A stretch of DNA of 64,000 nucleotides from Eledone cirrhosa (Eukaryota), in NCBI GenBank assembly GCA_964016885.1, contig OZ024740.1, positions 90,396,001 to 90,460,000 on the forward strand, read 5' to 3'. A program made the translations under genes and the position numbers. Positions 57,977-64,000 of the stretch are shown here, piece by piece. The notes beneath the pieces were generated by a model. It was given only the letters and a program-made list of their open reading frames with translations, was not told the origin of the DNA and did no database searches. Position 1 is the stretch's first letter. Every line of letters begins with the position of its first letter.

Positions 57977-59049
57977 AGTGGTCGTAGTCATAGTCATAGT
58001 AGAGGTAATACCCCTAAGTGCTATTATTATTCATTTAGATTGGGTTTGAATTCATCAATAACATTATTTTCTTTGATTTTTCTCTTGATTTCACTTGGAC
58101 TGTGTAATTTGTAGAATGGGAATATTATAAATATTCCTTGACCACATGTTGCTAGATGGTTACTTAGGGGTATCTGACGGACATCTGGGTCTCTGATTTG
58201 CTGACGGTGTAACCGTGCACGTTCCGATAGTGCATTTCCAGTTGGACCGACATATAGTTCTTCACAATTCGGGCATTTAATGCAGTAAATTAGATTTCTG
58301 CTTTTGCAGTTCATATTTCCATTTGGGAATATTTTTCCAGTTTTTGTTTTCATATATTGGCCGGCATGTATGGATTGACATGTGCCGCATCGACTATCAT
58401 TGCATTTAGATACAGTGAATGATTGGTCTTTGTTGTTAAGGTCAAACTTTGCTTTTGTTAGTAATTGCTTCAAATTTGTTGGCTGTCTTTTACTAAGAGT
58501 CAAAGATCGATCTGTGATTAAGCCTTTTAATTCATTACTTTGAGCAATGATCGGTAGGTTTGTTTTGGCAGTGTTGAAGATATTCTGGTGACATGGGTTG
58601 TGTGTCATTATAAATGGTATGACCAGTTCTTGGTTTCTTCTTCCTTGGGTTGTCCTAAGTTGTTGTATAGGTATTTTTATAGCCCGCGCTATGCCATTTT
58701 CTATAAGTAGAGATGGGTATTTTTGTTTGTGCAAAAATTCTCTTAGTTCTGTTAGGCGTTTGTACCTGGTATTTGTATCTTCTACAATGGTACACATTCT
58801 TCTAGCTAGGCAGTATGGGATGTTGCGTTTTGTATGAGGTGGATTGCACGACTTAACATTCAGATATTGATGGGTGTCTGTGTGTTTATAATATATATCC
58901 CTGGTAATGGTGGTGTCGTTTTTGATTATCATTATATCTAGGAATGGTAATTTGGTCCTACTCATCTCTTTTGTGAATTGAAGAGATGGGTGTAGGTTAT
59001 TCAGGAGGATATTGAACTCATCCAGAGTATCTAGATCTGGCCATACCAT
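57440..59049 (-). mobile_element. Neptune-like PLE, 5'-truncated (ORF 58027-59049)
   Basis: LPFLDI, IYYKHTDTHQYL, CNDSRCGTC linker, CKSRNLIYCIKCPNCEELYVG GIY-YIG. The 3' UTR has (AAC)n. Confidence 0.9.
57558..57596 (-). ncRNA. Minimal hammerhead, Neptune left arm
   Basis: Minus strand: tgaac-CTGAAGA-ttgcgaaagcct-GAAA-gtac-TT-gttca. Confidence 0.68.
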
Positions 59050-59050
59050 T

Positions 59051-59703
59051 TAAAATGACACACAACCCATGTTACCAGAATATCTTCAACACTGCCAAAA
59101 CAAACCTACCGATCATTGCTCAAAGTAATGAATTAAAAGGCTTAATCACAGATTGATCTTTGACTCTTAGTAAAAGACAGCCAACAAATTTGAAGCAATT
59201 ACTAACAAAAGCAAAGTTTGATCTTAACAACAGAGACCAATCATTCACTGTATCTAAATGCAATGATAGTCGATGCGGCACATGTCAATCCATACACGCC
59301 GGCCAATATATGAAAACAAAAACTGGAAAAATATTCCCAAATGCAAATATGAACTGCAAAAGCAGAAATCTAATTTACTGCATTAAATGCCCGAATTGTG
59401 AAGAACTATATGTCGGTCAAACTGGAAATGCACTATCAGAATGTGCTCGGGTACACCGTCAGCAAAACAGAGACCCAAATGTCCGTCAGATACCCCTAAG
59501 TAACCATCTAGCAAAATGTGGTCATTCTACAAATTACACAGCCCTAGTGAAATCAAGAGAAAAATCAAAGAAAAGAATTGTATTGAGAAATTCAAACGCA
59601 AGCTAAATGAACAATAATAACACTTAGGGGCATTATTTCTACTATGACTATGACATGACCATGACGACTACGACCACTAACAACAACAACAACAACAACA
59701 ACT

Positions 59704-59735
<32 letters not shown>

Positions 59736-60180
59736 AATAATAATAAAAGTGATGATGATTACTAGAAAATGCTATTTTCATCATTTCTAAAAATAGCAAA
59801 ACAATTGATGCTTTGGATAGGATCAATTATTGGTCGTTAGATATGCTCAACCAACCGTGACGCTTAAACCAATCAGCTTTAGTAATTCAGTGAAACTACA
59901 CACCGATTGGTCGAAATACAGTTTGCAAGATTTAGCATTCTGGAGCCAAATGTTCACTGTATATAAGGTACAAAATATACCCATCTCATTACAGTTGAAA
60001 ATTGCAAACTTGACCGTCACCACACATTATGAACCTGAAGATTGCGAAAGCATGAAAGTACTTGTTCAATTAACACTTAACATTTAATATTCTATCATAC
60101 TATTTCATCATAATACCATTATACATTTTAAAGGATTGTAAATAAAACGAGTAAATCAGACAAAGTTGGAATTCCTCTTA

Positions 60181-60185
<5 letters not shown>
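59051..60185 (+). mobile_element. Neptune-like PLE, second 5'-truncated copy in inverted orientation
   Basis: Reverse complement of 57440-58608. ORF 59160-59606. Confidence 0.9.
60030..60068 (+). ncRNA. Minimal hammerhead, Neptune right arm
   Basis: tgaac-CTGAAGA-t tgc gaaa gca t-GAAA-gtac-TT-gttca. Confidence 0.75.
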
Positions 60186-60218
<33 letters not shown>

Positions 60219-60681
60219 TTCATAAACAGGAAAACATTCTTGATAGTTAAATACATGATAGCTACAAATCTAATTCGTTTTGCAGTGCATATGGAATTGA
60301 GTCTAAATAATAGCAGTAACAACTATCAAAACGCTAGGAAATAAAACAATAAACCAGTCATAACACGATATCTAAGATGAATTTCAAATCAATATTATTC
60401 ATCTATTATCAATATATACACGTCAAATATAGCACACCGCACTATTCGTGTGGCACATAACATCGCCAACTGTCTCTAGAGCATGAACCTGTTTTAAATT
60501 CCTATGAAGCTATAAAGAAAGTATATTTTATTAGCCAAATTCTCATTATGTATTGCGTTTCATATATTTAGAAAACGTAAATCACATGGTTTACATTATA
60601 TCGCTAAGTGCGTTCATTCGCGGAATCTTGAATTTTAATTTAATAATAACCAATTCGGGGTACGCTGCTATTTTATCTCAC

Positions 60682-60755
60682 CTTCAATAAACAATTGATA
60701 AATTTCATTACAAAATCGAACTTCATAAGGTAAATCGTGATAACCATGTTATTTG
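60682..60755 (-). pseudogene. Candidate exon with in-frame TAA (K*HGYHDLPYEVRFCNEIYQLFIE)
   Basis: tttatctttgccag| .. GAA G|gtgaga. Phase-compatible with 62256-62384. Confidence 0.38.
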
Positions 60756-61058
60756 CTGGCAAAGATAAACCAATAAAAAGTTGAAAGTTAGAACCTGCTA
60801 TCATTGCGATATTTGGTTATTATTGTATTCAATTGAGTTTATAACTGAAGTTATAATGCTGGTCTTCAGTATTGTTGTAGATTAATGGACTTTTTCTAAA
60901 GTATACTTAATGCCTATCAAGAAAACTTTAAATCATTTTGGAACTAAATACTAAACTATTTCTAGTAGTCAAGAGTTAAAGCTGTCAGCTTGATTTAATT
61001 ATGAGATAATAAATATATATTTACGTATGATATAAATTGCAGGTATCTCAACGCACTG

Positions 61059-61140
<82 letters not shown>

Positions 61141-61184
61141 GCACACACACACATACGCACACACACATACTCGCACACACGCAT

Positions 61185-61215
<31 letters not shown>

Positions 61216-62255
61216 TAGTAGCTATTATATAATGAGATCTATGTCCTTCATATATACTATATTCTGAATGTTTCTGTTTACGTGCACAAATCCTCGCAAA
61301 TCCTCAAGATTTCTCACAAACAATTTTCTTTTGTTTAGATGCATAACATTGTAATAATTCACTAATAGAATAACTTAACTGTCGTGTTTACATTAAAGCC
61401 AACCAATTTGTTGCACGTAAAAAACTTGTGAAGTATAATAGAATGAGTGTTTCCGGTTAGCATGTCCTGTATAATATAGAAAAATATAAGGCAAAAAGAA
61501 TAAGGATTTTAGTATAACGATGGAACGTGAAACAATATACATTTAAAGTTCTTTGTGTCATTCTTTTAGCGTGGAAACCCGTTTTCGAATTTGACAATGT
61601 TACAAATATATATGTCATCTATAACATATATATTGTACTATATTAACATCCTTTCCTCACTCCACAACATTTATTTGAAAAGGTCCATTCTGTCGTGTAG
61701 AATTCTACTGACATTTGTGAACCCAATTTTAATTTGTAAAGCTTATTCGTTTTATATTTAGAGAAATAGAGTAGTGAAATAGATATATGTCTTGAAATCA
61801 ATTATTTCGTTTTGCTTAAATCATCCAAAATCGAGACGCTTCAGTTTTCATTTTATTTAACAATGCTAGTTATTCAATACATTCTTCACTATTTTCATAA
61901 TTTAGTATATGCGACGGCGAAGCTGTTGACAATGTTTACGCACTAAATGTGTGTATTGAGAGATATGTGTAAAACAATTCGAGCTATGCCATGAAAGGCC
62001 ACCTATCATAGTAGATTTTTTTAACAGATTGCAGCTATAGATTGCGTTTGAGTATGTTGATTATGCTGGAAGTGGTTTACACTATCAAAATGAATGTGAT
62101 TGAATACTTTTAAAACGGAATTTACACCACTGTTTATTTATTATTCAATAAGTTACACACAATCACATGAGTCAACATCAGAATTTGTTCCATGACAAAA
62201 GATATTGAGAGTAAAATAGTAAGAACATATGAATTTATGTATTAAAATCATTTAC

Positions 62256-62384
62256 TGATTCAGCTGGCGTATAACTTGTTTTATGTTCTCCTCATATATC
62301 CTGGTTTGCAATACATAACGGGATTTATATATCAGATTTTCAACATTAAATTCCATTAAGATATTATCAAACTCGGATCTATCA
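62256..62384 (-). other. Candidate coding exon, 129 nt, phase 2-2 (DRSEFDNILMEFNVENLIYKSRYVLQTRIYEENIKQVIRQLN)
   Basis: ctcatctatag|T GAT.. AAT CA|gtaaat. Open frame. Confidence 0.5.
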
Positions 62385-62509
62385 CTATAGATGAGTGCAC
62401 GAAATAAATTGAATTGTACATTTCTTGTTGCAAGGATCAAATAAATCCCATGCATAGTTAAAAAATGATAAACAAATACACCACCTTGTTAAACACATAA
62501 TACCCCCCC

Positions 62510-62574
<65 letters not shown>

Positions 62575-62615
62575 CGAAACATAAGTCAATTGCATGAGCT
62601 CATAATCCTTTATTT

Positions 62616-62671
62616 ACTGCTATATTTATTTCGATGATAGCCATTGAATGGCTATGCAATCATCAGTCAGT
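62616..62671 (-). ncRNA. Hammerhead, homologue of 17816-17871 (stems partly mismatched)
   Basis: Minus strand: actga-CTGATGA-ttgcatagccattcaatggctatcatc-GAAA-taaata-TA-gcagt. Confidence 0.6.
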
Positions 62672-62750
62672 TAGTGAGTTCTTAGATATGCCAGCTCTAT
62701 GTTTATAGCATTGATGGTATCAGAGCCTTGGGACATATATATATATATAT

Positions 62751-62942
62751 AGGAACCAGTAAGACCCCGACAGCTGAGCTCAAGCCGTTTCGACGGCTAA
62801 TTCTGAGTCCAGAATTAGCCGTCGAAACGGCTTGAGCTCAGCTGTCGGGGTCTTACTGGTTCCTATTACCCACTCTACTACCTCAAGTATTGAGTACTTT
62901 GGTGCGTTATGGTCCACCTGGTTCCTTACCACATTTCCTTCG

Positions 62943-62943
<1 letters not shown>
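62751..62943. mobile_element. Short inverted-pair insertion with a perfect ~55-bp-arm palindrome
   Basis: aggaaccagtaagaccccgacagctgagctcaagccgtttcgacggctaattctg followed by its exact reverse complement. Confidence 0.82.
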
Positions 62944-62980
<37 letters not shown>

Positions 62981-62983
<3 letters not shown>

Positions 62984-63640
62984 AATGTGCTCAAAGGAGA
63001 AGAAATCATGAGGTCTTTAAAATACATTATGTTGAAAAGGCAACACACCAGAGAGAGATATACAGTGCGCCATCAATAATATTGATGTGTTTTAAAGAGC
63101 TCAAAATTTCTTCTCATTTGATCATATTATTTACAGGGAATAGCGAGGGCCTATGCCTCCGTTAATTTATCGTGATATTTCGCTCCTAATAACAGTATTT
63201 CCTATCTCTGTTTGCTTGAGCACACTTCTCTGAGTGGCTTTGGGCTGCCCTTTCTAGCAGTTCGTCCCTCAGAGGCCACTGGTTCACTGCCCTTAAACAC
63301 GCTGTGAGTTCTCTCTCCCACGTGTAGCTGGACAGTCACTTTTAAAATTCTCTTAGTGTTGTCGGAAATGTATAGCCTTACACACGCTGATGAACCGAGG
63401 CTACCCCATTACTTTCAACAAATTACTGGTGAAACATATCTTTGGATTAGTATCTTTGGATTTGTACGTGTGTTATATAGTTATAGAGGTATTTATTTAC
63501 GCTTTAATTTATATTTTTAATTATCGTGTCTATAGTCTGCCTTTCATAGGTTATAGATTCCATACAATTATGGTTTTTTTCCCTGTTTTATTGATGGCGC
63601 ACTGTATATCTCTCTCTGGTGTGTTGCCTTTTCAACATAT
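62981..63640 (+). mobile_element. PLE terminal fragment with nested inversions, in (TA)n
   Basis: 62982-63027 is inverted at 63085-63130, and 63028-63078 is inverted at 63588-63638. Confidence 0.72.
63380..63473 (+). ncRNA. Type I hammerhead ribozyme
   Basis: acacacg-CTGATGA-accg..tggt-GAAA-ca..tg-TA-cgtgtgt, with a perfect 7-bp stem I. Confidence 0.75.
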
Positions 63641-63642
63641 TG

Positions 63643-63724
<82 letters not shown>

Positions 63725-63857
63725 TTGGTGCTCTGAAATACCGATATATATATACATGAATGTATATACAGTGTATTTTGCAACACATTGTATGCTTAAT
63801 TAAAAGCATTTCGAAGAACTTACGCTATTGTTTCAGAGTAGTGACAGTCTCACTTAC

Positions 63858-63972
63858 TTTAGATGTTCAGCAAACAGGGGAGATAAAGCTGACAGAGCTC
63901 TGTTTCGTACTGATTGGTACTTATCAAAGACAAGTACTCCACCTGTTTGCTGAAAATCATGAATGTTTGATT
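63858..63972 (-). other. Candidate coding exon (SNIHDFQQTGGVLVFDKYQSVRNRALSALSPLFAEHL)
   Basis: Open frame ending CTA AA|gtaagt. Phase-compatible with 62256-62384. The acceptor position is uncertain. Confidence 0.5.
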
Positions 63973-64000
63973 CTTATAGAATTCTAGTAATAATCAGGAA

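Overview
AT-rich, microsatellite-rich animal genomic DNA. A tRNA-head SINE closely resembling octopus SINEs (recognised from memory) suggests an octopod cephalopod. No intact host gene is evident. The window is dominated by retroelements: two R4/Dong-type RLE LINEs ending in (AAT)n, three decayed Tx1-clade LINEs abutting (ATT)n, five SINE copies, one hAT-Charlie-type MITE, and many Penelope-like elements (PLEs; Naiad-like and Neptune-like) inserted in (TA)n, often as inverted pairs. The most striking signal is RNA-level. About 17 type I hammerhead ribozyme (HHR) motifs with complete CUGANGA/GAAA cores, from at least 9 unrelated sequence families, are readable by eye. Six lie in a near-identical head-to-tail array of ~505-550-bp non-coding, self-complementary units (50969-54021) that looks like a rolling-circle retrozyme integration. 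Other ~480-510-bp HHR-bearing partial dimers occur nearby. Also seen: an NHL-repeat host-gene fragment embedded in a Tx1 ORF2, and phase-compatible minus-strand exon candidates of an unidentified, probably decaying multi-exon gene. All calls were made by eye without searches, and element boundaries are approximate.
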